NCBI GenBank assembly: GCA_964346795.1
Contig: CAYFWD010000001.1
Location: 4,337-68,336, forward strand
Source: an uncultured Bacteroidaceae bacterium
Lineage (GTDB): Bacteria; Bacteroidota; Bacteroidia; Bacteroidales; P3
DNA length: 64,000 nucleotides
Direction of reading: 5' to 3'
A program made the translations under genes and the position numbers. This document shows, piece by piece, positions 1 through 9,694 of the stretch. Each line of letters opens with the position of its first letter. Position 1 is the first letter of the stretch. The notes below the pieces were generated by a model, which made no database searches, had not been told where the DNA came from, and saw nothing but the letters and a program-made list of their open reading frames with translations.

Positions 1-354
1 AGAAAATTAAATGTAAAACATATTGACGCTTGGGTTTATCATTATGGTTGGGTAAAGCCACCTTCCACTCAACAAGAAAAGCAAAAATACTTCAATACCC
101 TTTGGCACGATGAGGGTTGGATTAAAAAGAATATAAAAGGCACTAATCAATTTGACTATTCTACAATAGACTCTTTATCTCTATTCAAGGGAACTCACCC
201 AAAAGTAATGCAGGAAAGAATAAATAAAATCAATTGGAAATTTGATTTTGACCCAACAAAAAAGAATTTTGGATTAAAAGCCAAGTTTCTCCACTTTATT
301 GAAAAAACATTTGGATGGAGAATTGGAGAATATAAAAACTATAAAATAATTTAA
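1..354 (+). CDS. C-terminal fragment of a glycosyltransferase-like protein; the 5' end lies outside the window
   Basis: Frame 1 is open from base 1 to a TAA at 352-354. The peptide '...[34 protein letters not shown]...[15 protein letters not shown]' resembles the C-terminal tail of Bacteroidota family-2 glycosyltransferases, recalled from memory. Confidence 0.4.
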   Translation, partial: RKLNVKHIDAWVYHYGWVKPPSTQQEKQKYFNTLWHDEGWIKKNIKGTNQFDYSTIDSLSLFKGTHPKVMQERINKINWKFDFDPTKKNFGLKAKFLHFIEKTFGWRIGEYKNYKII

Positions 355-358
355 ATCA

Positions 359-1639
359 ATGGATAATTTTATAAAGGAATTAGAATGGAGAGGCATGATA
401 CATGATATAATGCCTGGAACTGAAGAAATACTAATGAAAGAAATGACAACTGCCTATGTTGGAATTGACCCTACTGCCGACTCTTTACATATTGGACATT
501 TGGTTGGAGTTATGATGCTTACTCATCTTCAAAGATGCGGACATCGTCCATTGGTTGTTTTGGGAGGAGCAACAGGTATGATTGGTGACCCTTCATTCAA
601 AAGCGAAGAAAGAAAGCTATTGACAATAGAGCAAATCCAATATAATAAGTCTTGCATAGAAAAACAGCTTTCAAAATTTATGGACTTTGAAAGCAATTCT
701 CCCAACAAGGCTGAAGTTTTAAATAATTACGACTGGACAAAGGACTGGACATTCCTTGATTTTATTCGAGATATTGGTAAACATATTACCGTTAATTATA
801 TGATGTCAAAAGATAGTGTTAAGAAAAGATTAGAAACAGGATTATCCTTTACAGAATTTTCTTATCAATTACTTCAAGGATACGATTTCAAATACTTATA
901 CGAAAATTATAATTGCCGTTTACAAATGGGAGGCTCTGACCAATGGGGCAATATAACTACAGGAACAGAACTAATTCGCAGAATGCTTCAAGGAGAAGCT
1001 TTTGCTCTAACTTGTCCATTAATCACTAAAGCAGATGGAGGAAAATTTGGAAAAACAGAAAAGGGAAATATTTGGCTTGATGCAGAAAAGACCTCTCCTT
1101 ATGCTTTCTATCAATTTTGGTTAAATACTTCCGATGAAGACGCTAAAAAATTTATAAAAATATTTACTCTTTTCTCCAAAGAAGAGGTTGATGATATGAT
1201 TCTTTCTCATGAAAAAGAACCTCATTTAAGAGAATTACAAAAAACACTTGCAAAGGATATGACAATAAGAGTCCATGGAGAAAAAGAATTTCTTTCTGCT
1301 ATTGAAGCTTCAGAAATACTTTTTGGGAAAGGGACAACTGAAACCCTAAAAAATTTGGATGAAAAAACTCTATTATCTGTTTTTGATGGAGTACCAATGT
1401 TTGAAATAGAAAGTAGATTATTAAATGAAGGAATAAATATTACCGAATTGGTTTCAGAAGGGACAAATATCTTTTCTTCAAAATCAGAAGCAAGAAGGAC
1501 TTTAAAAGAAAATGCACTATCATTAAATAAAGTGAAAATTAAAGAGGATTATGTTTGTACTAATTCAGACTTACTCAATGATAAATACTTACTAATACAA
1601 AAAGGCAAAAAAAACTACTATTTAATATTAGTAAAGTAA
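359..1639 (+). CDS. tyrS: Tyrosine--tRNA ligase
   Basis: 426 aa. It has the class I HIGH motif ('[10 protein letters not shown]'), a KMSKS-like 'KFGKT' and a C-terminal S4-like domain, with typical TyrRS length. Confidence 0.95.
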   Translation: MDNFIKELEWRGMIHDIMPGTEEILMKEMTTAYVGIDPTADSLHIGHLVGVMMLTHLQRCGHRPLVVLGGATGMIGDPSFKSEERKLLTIEQIQYNKSCIEKQLSKFMDFESNSPNKAEVLNNYDWTKDWTFLDFIRDIGKHITVNYMMSKDSVKKRLETGLSFTEFSYQLLQGYDFKYLYENYNCRLQMGGSDQWGNITTGTELIRRMLQGEAFALTCPLITKADGGKFGKTEKGNIWLDAEKTSPYAFYQFWLNTSDEDAKKFIKIFTLFSKEEVDDMILSHEKEPHLRELQKTLAKDMTIRVHGEKEFLSAIEASEILFGKGTTETLKNLDEKTLLSVFDGVPMFEIESRLLNEGINITELVSEGTNIFSSKSEARRTLKENALSLNKVKIKEDYVCTNSDLLNDKYLLIQKGKKNYYLILVK

Positions 1640-1675
1640 TAGGGTAAACCAAACACAAAAGCTATCCTGAATTTT

Positions 1676-1790
1676 TAAACGAAACTTAGATAAAAATAAA
1701 CGAAACTTTTTTACATTTTTCTAGGAGATAATTTTATTTTTCTCCTAGAAAAATTCGGAAAGTCGGTAGTTTTTTTTAGGAAAGGGAAAA
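1676..1790. repeat. Copy A of the dispersed composite intergenic repeat, with hairpin core TTTTCTAGGAGA-N12-TCTCCTAGAAAA
   Basis: A perfect 12-bp inverted repeat lies at 1717-1728 / 1741-1752. It is flanked by 'AAACGAAACTT' twice and by 'AAAGTCGGTAG', which is the reverse complement of the 'TACCGACTT' module in copy C. Confidence 0.7.
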
Positions 1791-1835
1791 ATAAAAAAAT
1801 ATAAATCGAAGTAACAAAAAAATTGACATAAAAAA

Positions 1836-1870
1836 AGCAGTCTCAGGAATTTTGGGACTGCTGTTTTTTT
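1836..1870. terminator. Bidirectional intrinsic terminator between convergent tyrS and the small lipoprotein gene
   Basis: Stem AGCAGTC (1836-1842) pairs with GACTGCT (1857-1863). An A-run lies upstream and a T-run downstream. Confidence 0.7.
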
Positions 1871-1897
1871 CTTAAACCAGATTAATCTGGAATCTAA

Positions 1898-2047
1898 TTA
1901 TTGAGCTGGTGTTTCAGTTGGAGTTTCTACTGTTTCAACAACTTCTTCTACTTGAGTTTCAGTTACAGTTTCAGTTGGAGTTTCAGTTTTTCCACCACAT
2001 GCTGCAAAAATGCTAGCAACAGCTAATAAAAACAATGCTTTTTTCAT
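1898..2047 (-). CDS. Small (49 aa) putative lipoprotein with a Thr/Glu/Pro-rich repeat tail; absent from the ORF track because it is shorter than 60 aa
   Basis: Hand translation gives MKKALFLLAVASIFAACGGKTETPTETVTETQVEEVVETVETPTETPAQ*. It has a lipobox-like 'FAAC', a TATCTTTG -7 box 48 nt upstream and a terminator just downstream. Confidence 0.55.
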   Translation of the reverse strand: MKKALFLLAVASIFAACGGKTETPTETVTETQVEEVVETVETPTETPAQ

Positions 2048-2094
2048 TTTGATTGTGTTTTAATTAATTTGACAATTTATTTGTTTTAACGCGG

Positions 2095-2102
2095 CAAAGA
2101 TA
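2095..2102 (-). promoter_or_regulatory. Bacteroidota-type -7 box (TATCTTTG) for the small lipoprotein gene
   Basis: Exact match to TAnnTTTG on the minus strand, 48 nt upstream of the ATG at 2047. Confidence 0.45.
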
Positions 2103-2234
2103 CAAAAAATATTTATATGCGTGCATATTTATATATTTTTATTTATCTAAAAACTATTTTATTATTAACACAAAGCTCATTAATAAGCATTTATAGTTAT
2201 TTGTTTTTCTTACAAAAATCTTACTTAGAAATTT

Positions 2235-5200
2235 TTATTTATCCTTGCCATGGCAGTTTTTATACTTCTTTCCACTTCCACAAGGACAAGTTTCATTCCT
2301 TCCTATCTTCTTTTCAACATGAACAGGTTGAATTTTTTGTGGCTCTGATGGATTATCTGCCCTTAGCTCTTCCCTGCCTGTTTTTAGTTTTCTATTATCA
2401 CTTTGAGGTAATTCTGTTTGCTTTACGTCATTTTCTCCTATTGGAAGAGTTGCACGACATAGGAAAGATGTTATATCTCTATTGATTTCGTTAATCATCT
2501 TTTCAAACAAACCAAAAGACTCTAATTTATAGATAAGCAATGGGTCTTTCTGTTCGTAAGAGGCTGCTTGAACTGATTGTTTCAAATCGTCAAGTTCTCT
2601 AAGGTGCTCCTTCCAAGCATTATCTATTATATGTAAGGTTATACTCTTTTCTATTGAAAGTCCTATTTCTTTTCCATTAGTTATATATGATTTTTCAATT
2701 GGAGCAATTGCATTCATCATCTTTACTCCATCTGTTACAGGAAAGGCTATATTTGCATAAGTGTAGTTCTTGCTTTCGTAAAGATTTTTAACATAAGGGA
2801 AAGCCAATTGTGCTATCCTTTCCATTCTTTCCTTATATGTTGAATAAACTTTTTCATATAATTCTTCTACCAAGTCAGATTTTTTTGAATTGACAAAATA
2901 TCTACTATCTTCTATTGGACACTCCATTGAGGTTAGTTTGATAAAGTCTAAACTAAAACCTTCCAAATCCCCATGATTATGATATTCATTAACCATATAT
3001 TCTAATGTATCATAAATCATATTGGAAATATCTATTGATAGTTTATCGCCATAAAGTGCATTACGACGCTTAGAGTAGATAACCTCACGCTGATTATTCA
3101 TAACATCATCATACTCCAATAGTCTCTTTCTTGTCCCAAAATTATTCTCTTCTACTTTTCTTTGTGCTCTTTCTATACTCTTTGTCATCATTGAGTGTTG
3201 AATAACCTCTCCTTCTTTAAGTCCAAGCCTGTCCATAATCCTACTCATTCTATCAGAGCCAAAAAGTCGCATTAAATTATCTTCCAAAGAAACAAAAAAC
3301 TGACTACTTCCTGGGTCTCCTTGACGTCCTGCACGTCCTCTTAACTGACGGTCAACCCTTCGTGATTCATGTCTTTCTGTACCAATAATTGCTAACCCTC
3401 CTGCTTCCTTCACTCCTTCTCCAAGCTTAATGTCAGTTCCACGTCCAGCCATATTAGTTGCAATAGTCACCGTTCCTGCAACTCCTGCCTCTGCAACAAT
3501 GTCTGCTTCTTTTTTATGCAGCTTAGCATTTAACACATTATGCTTACTCTTTCGCATAGTGAGCATCTTACTCAAAAGCTCTGAGGTTTCAACAGATGTT
3601 GTACCAACCAAAACAGGACGTCCTTTATTTACAAGGTTTTCTATTTCTACAATTACTGCATTGAACTTTTCTCGTTTTGTTTTATAAATTAAATCATTCT
3701 CATCCAAACGAGCAATTGGGCGATTGGTTGGAATAACAACAACATCTAACTTATAAATATTCCATAACTCACCTGCCTCTGTTTCTGCCGTACCTGTCAT
3801 ACCTGCAAGCTTACTATACATTCTAAAATAGTTTTGTAAAGTTATTGTTGCATAAGTTTGAGTTGCCGCTTCTACTTTTACATTTTCTTTTGCTTCAATT
3901 GCTTGGTGTAATCCATCAGAATAACGTCTTCCTTCCATAATACGACCTGTCTGTTCATCAACAATCTTTACCTGATTATTCACAACAACATATTCCACAT
4001 CTTTTTCAAAAAGAGTATATGCCTTTAATAGTTGGTTAATGGTATGAACCCTGTCGGATTGCGTTGCATAGGATTGAAGTATTTTATCTTTTCTTTCTGC
4101 CTTTTCTTTTGGAGTAAGGTTTTCTTTTTCAAGCTCTGCTATCTCACTTCCAACATCGGTAAGCATATACATCTTAGGGTCTTCTCCCAATTGAGTCAAA
4201 TACTCAATTCCCTTATCGGTAAGCTCTATGGAATTTATCTTCTCATCAATAATAAAATAAAGAGGGTCATCAATCTTATACATTTCCTTACTTTGGTCTT
4301 GCATAAATTGATTTTCGGTCTTTAACATTAGAGTTTTCATTCCAGGCTCACTCAAAAACTTAATTAAAGCCTTATTCTTTGGCAATCCATGATGAGCTCT
4401 AAGCAATAATATTCCTCCTTCACGTTCTTCTTCTGGAGTTCTACCTTCTTTCAAAAGATTTTTAGCCTCTGCAAGTATTTGAGTAACAAAACCTCTTTGA
4501 ACATTATAAAGTTTTTCAATAACAGGACGAAAACGTTCAAACTCTTGGTCATCTCCCTTTGGTGTTGGTCCAGAAATAATAAGAGGTGTACGAGCATCGT
4601 CAATCAAAACAGAGTCAACCTCGTCCACAATGGCATAGTTATGCTTACGCTGAACAATCTCATTTGGATTGTTACACATATTATCTCTTAGGTAGTCAAA
4701 ACCAAACTCATTATTCGTTCCATAAGTTATATCTGCATTATAAGCATTGCGTCTTTGTTCGGAATTAGGCTCGTGCTTATCAATACAATCAACTCTTAGC
4801 CCATGAAATTCAAAAATCATACTATTCCATTCAGAGTCACGTTTTGCCAAATAATCGTTAACTGTCACAACGTGAACACCCTTCCCTGGTAAAGCATTAA
4901 GATAAATTGGTAAAGTTGCCACAAGGGTTTTACCTTCTCCTGTCGCCATTTCTGCAATCTTACCTTGATGCAACACAGTACCACCAATAAGCTGAACATC
5001 GTAGTGAACCATGTTCCATTCTATCATATTACCACCTGCCATCCACGACTTATCAAAATATGCCTTATCCCCTACTATATTTACATTATCCTTAGTAGCT
5101 GCCAACTCCTTATCATAATCATTTGCCGTAACTTCAACCTTTTCATTTTCTGTAAATCGTCTTGCAGTTTCCTTAACAACAGCAAAAGCTTCTGGAAGAA

Positions 5201-5519
5201 TATTATTCAATACCTTTTGAGTTTTCTCATAAGCCTTTTTCTCCAATTCTTCCATTTCGGAATAGAGAGATTGTTTTTCAGATACAGGCATTTCCAACTC
5301 TGTATCTATTCTTTGACGAATAACCTCTATTCTGGTTTCTTCTTCTTTTATTTCATTGTAAATTCTTTGCTTAAACTCTTTGGTTTTATCTCTAAGCTCA
5401 TCATTGGAAAGGTTAATAACTTTGTCGGAATATGATAAACATTCTTCAAGTATTGGTTTAAGTTCTTTTAAATCTCTTTGAGACTTATTTCCGAAAAGTT
5501 TTGAAAGAAAATTTGACAT
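2235..5519 (-). CDS. secA: Preprotein translocase ATPase SecA
   Basis: 1094 aa with the DEAD-like motor ('[14 protein letters not shown]', '[21 protein letters not shown]') and the C-terminal zinc-binding tail '[14 protein letters not shown]'. Confidence 0.97.
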   Translation of the reverse strand: MSNFLSKLFGNKSQRDLKELKPILEECLSYSDKVINLSNDELRDKTKEFKQRIYNEIKEEETRIEVIRQRIDTELEMPVSEKQSLYSEMEELEKKAYEKTQKVLNNILPEAFAVVKETARRFTENEKVEVTANDYDKELAATKDNVNIVGDKAYFDKSWMAGGNMIEWNMVHYDVQLIGGTVLHQGKIAEMATGEGKTLVATLPIYLNALPGKGVHVVTVNDYLAKRDSEWNSMIFEFHGLRVDCIDKHEPNSEQRRNAYNADITYGTNNEFGFDYLRDNMCNNPNEIVQRKHNYAIVDEVDSVLIDDARTPLIISGPTPKGDDQEFERFRPVIEKLYNVQRGFVTQILAEAKNLLKEGRTPEEEREGGILLLRAHHGLPKNKALIKFLSEPGMKTLMLKTENQFMQDQSKEMYKIDDPLYFIIDEKINSIELTDKGIEYLTQLGEDPKMYMLTDVGSEIAELEKENLTPKEKAERKDKILQSYATQSDRVHTINQLLKAYTLFEKDVEYVVVNNQVKIVDEQTGRIMEGRRYSDGLHQAIEAKENVKVEAATQTYATITLQNYFRMYSKLAGMTGTAETEAGELWNIYKLDVVVIPTNRPIARLDENDLIYKTKREKFNAVIVEIENLVNKGRPVLVGTTSVETSELLSKMLTMRKSKHNVLNAKLHKKEADIVAEAGVAGTVTIATNMAGRGTDIKLGEGVKEAGGLAIIGTERHESRRVDRQLRGRAGRQGDPGSSQFFVSLEDNLMRLFGSDRMSRIMDRLGLKEGEVIQHSMMTKSIERAQRKVEENNFGTRKRLLEYDDVMNNQREVIYSKRRNALYGDKLSIDISNMIYDTLEYMVNEYHNHGDLEGFSLDFIKLTSMECPIEDSRYFVNSKKSDLVEELYEKVYSTYKERMERIAQLAFPYVKNLYESKNYTYANIAFPVTDGVKMMNAIAPIEKSYITNGKEIGLSIEKSITLHIIDNAWKEHLRELDDLKQSVQAASYEQKDPLLIYKLESFGLFEKMINEINRDITSFLCRATLPIGENDVKQTELPQSDNRKLKTGREELRADNPSEPQKIQPVHVEKKIGRNETCPCGSGKKYKNCHGKDK

Positions 5520-5596
5520 CTTTATTTTGTTTTTTATTTGTTATTAGTATTTCTGCAAAAGAGATAGACAAAAACTATTCCCTTTTAATCAATCTG

Positions 5597-5604
5597 CAAA
5601 AATA
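5597..5604 (-). promoter_or_regulatory. -7 box (TATTTTTG) upstream of secA
   Basis: Exact TAnnTTTG match on the minus strand, about 80 nt upstream of the secA ATG. Confidence 0.4.
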
Positions 5605-5673
5605 ACATTTTTATCTGTCAGTTTTGACAAAAAAGTATAAAACAATAGATAAAAAGATATTTTGAATATAATT

Positions 5674-6360
5674 TTAAGTGTTTTTTACCAACTTATAGAA
5701 TGTTTCAATAGTATAACCCTTATAGGAAGTTGCCCAATCAACAGAAAAGTATTTACTAAAATAATTCGCTGCATTCCTGTTGGCTCTTCTCTCACACCAA
5801 AAATAATAGTGAGAACTTACTCCTTGAGGTTGATTTTCCACTTGATGAGCTCTAATAGCACTTATTAAACTTGGAATGCCAATTACAAACAAATACAAAA
5901 AGCCAAACCTTCTACTATCAATAGTATGACCATATTCATGCATAAGTAAAGGTTCTTGAATAACTTCTTTTTGAAAATCTACTATTCTTTTATTATAGGT
6001 ATTTACATTAATAAAGTTTCCTAAAGAAATACCTGAATTATGACTATGATTATAGCTTATAGAATAACCAACACCACTAAATAACTCCACCCTGTCAATT
6101 TGCCAAAACGTATTCCTAAATTGAGATAATATATTACCCAAAAGAGTTTGTGGCAATTCCCAAGAATGTCTTAGCAAGAGTGATATTACCCTATAAACTA
6201 TCCCTCTATTCTTATCAAGAGTAAAATTTGTAAAGAAAATCTCTATTCCATTACTAAAGACCCTTTTATCTTTTCTAATAATCCAACTTATTGTTCCACT
6301 TATAAGCGAAAACATCAAAAGAGAAATCAGTATTAGAAAATAAATACAGAAAAAAATCAT
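5674..6360 (-). CDS. Hypothetical membrane-anchored protein with an HExxH (HEYGH) metalloprotease-like motif
   Basis: 228 aa with an N-terminal hydrophobic segment, 'LLMHEYGHTIDSRRFG' and a second hydrophobic stretch after the motif. I do not recognise the family with confidence. Confidence 0.5.
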   Translation of the reverse strand: MIFFCIYFLILISLLMFSLISGTISWIIRKDKRVFSNGIEIFFTNFTLDKNRGIVYRVISLLLRHSWELPQTLLGNILSQFRNTFWQIDRVELFSGVGYSISYNHSHNSGISLGNFINVNTYNKRIVDFQKEVIQEPLLMHEYGHTIDSRRFGFLYLFVIGIPSLISAIRAHQVENQPQGVSSHYYFWCERRANRNAANYFSKYFSVDWATSYKGYTIETFYKLVKNT

Positions 6361-6430
6361 TATATATTTTAATATATTAACTGCAAAACTAAGAAAAAAT
6401 CACTACTTAATTTAATAAACAAAATAAAAA

Positions 6431-7705
6431 TTATCTTTTCTTGTCCATTACTTCATCAATAATTTTCAAAAAGCTTTCTATATCATCATGTAAGCCATAT
6501 TCTTTATAAACTATTTGTTTGTTTGGATTAATTAGTACTACTGCTGGAGAATAGATTGGAAATAGTTTATTATTCTTTTGAGAAAAGAGAACATTATCCA
6601 TTTTTATTCCCTGTTTTTCACAATAACTCTTTAAGTAAGATGTTGGCTTTTCTACTGAATTTACAGATAATATCCTTATCCCTCTTTTCTCAAATTCAGA
6701 ATAATTATCATAAACCATTTTCATAAACTGAAAACATGGAAAGCAAGTAGAAAACCAACTATCTAACATTACCCAACCTTTCTCGTCTTTAAGATAATGT
6801 TTTTTACCATCAAAGTCCGTATAAACCCTATTCAAGTCTTCTTTATCTAATATACTTGGTCTTGATTTCCATTCATCAACTATGGAATCAGTAATTTTAT
6901 TTTGATTAATCCTTTCTTGCGTAACCGCCCAAGGGAAATTATTCCTAACCACCAAATAATCTTTCCTTAAATCACTATCTACGTCAATAATATAATCTTC
7001 TATTCCTCCTCTTTTTTCTTCTTCAATATTTCTCTTAAATTTTATTTCTCTATAGATTTCTCCAAGCCCAACTTCTGCCAAAGTATTATTTTTTCTTTCG
7101 GTAATTATCTTATCAATATTATAAGTTTGAGTATTTAAATAAGCACTTACTTTCTCTACCATTGTAATATTATTAATATTAATTGTACTATCTATCCATT
7201 GAAAAACATAATAATCTTTATCTTTGTATGTATTAAAAAAATTGGGTGTAGTGTCTTTATAATATTTGGGTTGAACAAGAAACCTAAAATAATTAAACTG
7301 ACTTACAATCATGCTATGGTTCATATAGTCTCCAAATGACACCTCTTTATTTTTATCTATTGGATTAATTGCAATATATTTTTGATAATAATGTATTGTT
7401 GTGTTTGTATCACGATAACTATAAGAAGAATAAGTTTTATTACTAAAAGACAGAAACTCCTTACTATTATCAAATATTATCTTGCTACTTTCTTTTATTT
7501 CTCTAAGAGAATCAATATAACCTCCGTTCTCTTTATCATAAACTCCTCTTATAATAAAGGAACAATCAATATCAATAACATTTAACGATGGTTTATAGTA
7601 TTCTCTAACAGCCTTTTTCCAAACTTGCTTTGCTTCTTGAGCATTAATAGAAATTGCAAAAAACATAAGCAATATGGCTACAAAAATCTTTTTATATTTA
7701 TTCAT
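6431..7705 (-). CDS. Secreted TlpA/redoxin-like thiol:disulfide oxidoreductase with a long N-terminal domain of unknown function
   Basis: 424 aa with a signal peptide (MNKYKKIFVAILLMFFAISINAQ). The C-terminal thioredoxin fold has a CxxC motif ('WFSTCFPCFQF'). Confidence 0.6.
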   Translation of the reverse strand: MNKYKKIFVAILLMFFAISINAQEAKQVWKKAVREYYKPSLNVIDIDCSFIIRGVYDKENGGYIDSLREIKESSKIIFDNSKEFLSFSNKTYSSYSYRDTNTTIHYYQKYIAINPIDKNKEVSFGDYMNHSMIVSQFNYFRFLVQPKYYKDTTPNFFNTYKDKDYYVFQWIDSTININNITMVEKVSAYLNTQTYNIDKIITERKNNTLAEVGLGEIYREIKFKRNIEEEKRGGIEDYIIDVDSDLRKDYLVVRNNFPWAVTQERINQNKITDSIVDEWKSRPSILDKEDLNRVYTDFDGKKHYLKDEKGWVMLDSWFSTCFPCFQFMKMVYDNYSEFEKRGIRILSVNSVEKPTSYLKSYCEKQGIKMDNVLFSQKNNKLFPIYSPAVVLINPNKQIVYKEYGLHDDIESFLKIIDEVMDKKR

Positions 7706-7860
7706 AATATTTTGATTTTATACCTCTATAATAACTATTATTATCTCCTTATATTGTTTGAAATACAATTAACATAAATAACTAACTAAAAAATATATTA
7801 TTCAAAAAAAACTCTATCCATACCAGTATTTTTATGATTTGAATCCCTTAAAATGTTAGA

Positions 7861-7992
7861 ATTTGATACAAAAACAAAAATCATTTGATACTGACACCTC
7901 CAGCATTTGATACTGACACCCCAAACATCAAATAATCGCACCCTCAGCATCAAATGTTCATACCCTCAGCATCAAATACTAATTTTGTAATT
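7861..7992. repeat. 22-bp phased array 1: ATTTGAT three times, then its reverse complement ATCAAAT three times
   Basis: The 7-mers start at 7861, 7883, 7905, 7927, 7949 and 7971, an exact 22-bp step. Units share a 'CAGCAT...(C)ACCC(T)' frame. Confidence 0.8.
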
Positions 7993-8080
7993 GTAAAATC
8001 TGTTAATAAACACATAAACTCCTTTATAGTAATAAACTAATGCATATTTACTTAAGAATAGAAATTACTTAGATACAAAA

Positions 8081-8212
8081 TTTTGATTAATGCTCAATTT
8101 AGACTTAGTCCTTACTATCGGAAAACTTAGTCCTATACCCTTAATGACTTAGTCCTATACCCCTTAGGACTTAGTCCTATTACCCCAAGAACTAAGTTTA
8201 TTTTTGGAATAA
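8081..8212. repeat. 22-bp phased array 2: ACTTAGT four times, then its reverse complement ACTAAGT once
   Basis: The 7-mers start at 8103, 8125, 8147, 8169 and 8191, an exact 22-bp step. The 132-bp offset from array 1 equals 6 x 22. A 'TTTGAT' at 8082 is also in register with array 1. Confidence 0.8.
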
Positions 8213-8301
8213 AATCATTATTGATTTACAAATATTTATATAGTCTATTTTAGAACTTTATTCTAATTTTCTCTAAGCCTTAGTTAGTAAACTATTAAAA
8301 C

Positions 8302-8345
8302 AAAAAAATGGAGTAAATCAGAAAAAAGACCTACTCCATTTTTAT
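8302..8345 (-). terminator. Intrinsic terminator downstream of the nhaD-like pair
   Basis: Stem ATGGAGTA (8308-8315) pairs with TACTCCAT (8332-8339). On the minus strand a run of seven T follows. Confidence 0.65.
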
Positions 8346-8362
8346 TTTAATTTATTAGATTT

Positions 8363-9682
8363 TTATGTGTGTAAGATAAACTTACTAATAATAATAAATA
8401 CTCCTGCTCCTGCCAAATAGCCTATAAGAGCCCAAAGAGTTATCTTCTTTAAGTACCATATAAAGTCTATTTTCTCCATTCCCATAACAGCCACTCCTGC
8501 TGCTGAACCAATTATCAAAAGACTTCCTCCTGTTCCTGCACAATATGCTAAGAACTCCCAAAACGCTCCATCAACTGCAAAATGTATCATTTCTGGATTA
8601 GTTGCAACCATTTCTGCTGCTGCAACTGGATACATTCCTAAGGCTGCTGCAACTAAAGGTACGTTATCTACAATTGCTGAAATTATACCTATTAATATAT
8701 TTATTACATATATATTACCTATTTTATCTAACTCCTTGGAAAGAAGGTCTAAATGTCCTGCTGTTTGAAGGCAAGCAACAGCCATTAGTATTCCCACAAA
8801 AAACAAAATAGAAGATATATCAACTTTTGACAATATGGCAGTAACGTTTAATCGTGAATAGTTTTTTTGATTAGAGTGATGCATAATTTCTGTTACAACC
8901 CACATTAATCCTAGACCAAGGAATATTCCTAAGTATGGAGGAAGATGTGTTATGGTTTTGAAAACAGGAACAAAAAGAAGAGAACCTACTCCCAAGAAAA
9001 ATATTAAACTACTTTGCTTTGCAGAAACTTGTATATCATTTTCTGATTGTTCAGCTGCTTCTGGACGCTTGACATCTCCTTTTAGAATAAAAGTTATTAT
9101 GGTTAGTGGTACCAGCATTGATACTAATGACGGCAAGAATGTTTCTAAAATAATATTTAATGCAGTAATATTTCCTTTTATCCATATCATAATGGTTGTA
9201 ACGTCTCCTATTGGACTCCATGCTCCTCCTGAGTTTGCTGCAAGAATAACCATTCCGCAGAAAAACCAGCGGTCTTCTTTACAATCAATAAGTTTTCTTA
9301 AAAGGGCACACATTACAATTGCTGTTGTAAGATTATCTAATACCGCAGACATAAAGAAAGTCAGAATACTTATTACCCACAATAACTTTCTTTTGTTTGT
9401 TGTTACTATTTTATCTGTTATGACTTTAAATCCTTGATGAGAGTCTATAATCTCTACTATTGTCATTGCTCCCAAAAGGAAGAAAACAATTTCAGAAACT
9501 TCTCCAAGATGAGCAATTAGTTCTGAGTGTTCAAACTTCTCTCCAAATAATGCCAAAACAGACCATAGAACCACGGCAAGCAAAAGTGCCGTTGCTGATT
9601 TGTTGATTTTGATTGGGTGTTCTAAGGCTATTAAGGTATAACCCAGAATAAATAGTATAATCATTAAAATAAAATAGTCCAT
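8363..9682 (-). CDS. nhaD: NhaD-type Na+/H+ antiporter (ArsB/NhaD permease superfamily), paralog 1
   Basis: 439 aa polytopic membrane protein. The N-terminus 'GYTLIALEHPIKINKSATALLLA' and the overall pattern resemble NhaD family members, recalled from memory. Confidence 0.75.
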   Translation of the reverse strand: MDYFILMIILFILGYTLIALEHPIKINKSATALLLAVVLWSVLALFGEKFEHSELIAHLGEVSEIVFFLLGAMTIVEIIDSHQGFKVITDKIVTTNKRKLLWVISILTFFMSAVLDNLTTAIVMCALLRKLIDCKEDRWFFCGMVILAANSGGAWSPIGDVTTIMIWIKGNITALNIILETFLPSLVSMLVPLTIITFILKGDVKRPEAAEQSENDIQVSAKQSSLIFFLGVGSLLFVPVFKTITHLPPYLGIFLGLGLMWVVTEIMHHSNQKNYSRLNVTAILSKVDISSILFFVGILMAVACLQTAGHLDLLSKELDKIGNIYVINILIGIISAIVDNVPLVAAALGMYPVAAAEMVATNPEMIHFAVDGAFWEFLAYCAGTGGSLLIIGSAAGVAVMGMEKIDFIWYLKKITLWALIGYLAGAGVFIIISKFILHT

Positions 9683-9694
9683 AATTTTTAATTA

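Noticed and set aside
1717-1752. The TCTAGGAGA/TCTCCTAGA hairpins as plain rho-independent terminators
   Set aside because: None of the copies has a proper T-run immediately 3' of the stem on either strand, and the loops are 12-13 nt. A terminator role cannot be assumed, so they are treated as a repeat family instead.
2117-5435. Multiple plus-strand ORFs (2117-2485, 3430-3687, 4032-4325, 4479-4768, 4965-5435) inside secA
   Set aside because: They are antisense shadow ORFs within a full-length, strongly conserved secA. Their Leu/Phe/Ile-rich translations are typical of AT-rich antisense frames. The same reasoning applies to the short antisense ORFs inside htpG, pnp, groEL, mutS, pepD, the S8 and M1 peptidases, and similar genes.
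7861-8212. Possible CRISPR array
   Set aside because: The period is only 22 bp with no unique spacers between repeats. No cas genes or leader are present, and the units switch orientation. None of this is CRISPR-like.
7706-8362. Chromosomal replication origin in the large AT-rich gap near yidC
   Set aside because: I could not find DnaA boxes (TTATCCACA or TGTGGATAA) in the gap, and dnaA, dnaN and rpmH are not nearby. It is kept only as something to test by GC skew under the repeat-lattice finding.
8952-9437. 161-aa and 159-aa plus-strand ORFs (8952-9437 and 10323-10802) that resemble each other and lie antisense inside the two nhaD genes
   Set aside because: Their mutual similarity is a by-product of the duplication of the sense-strand genes. 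They are low-complexity shadow frames with no start or promoter context.
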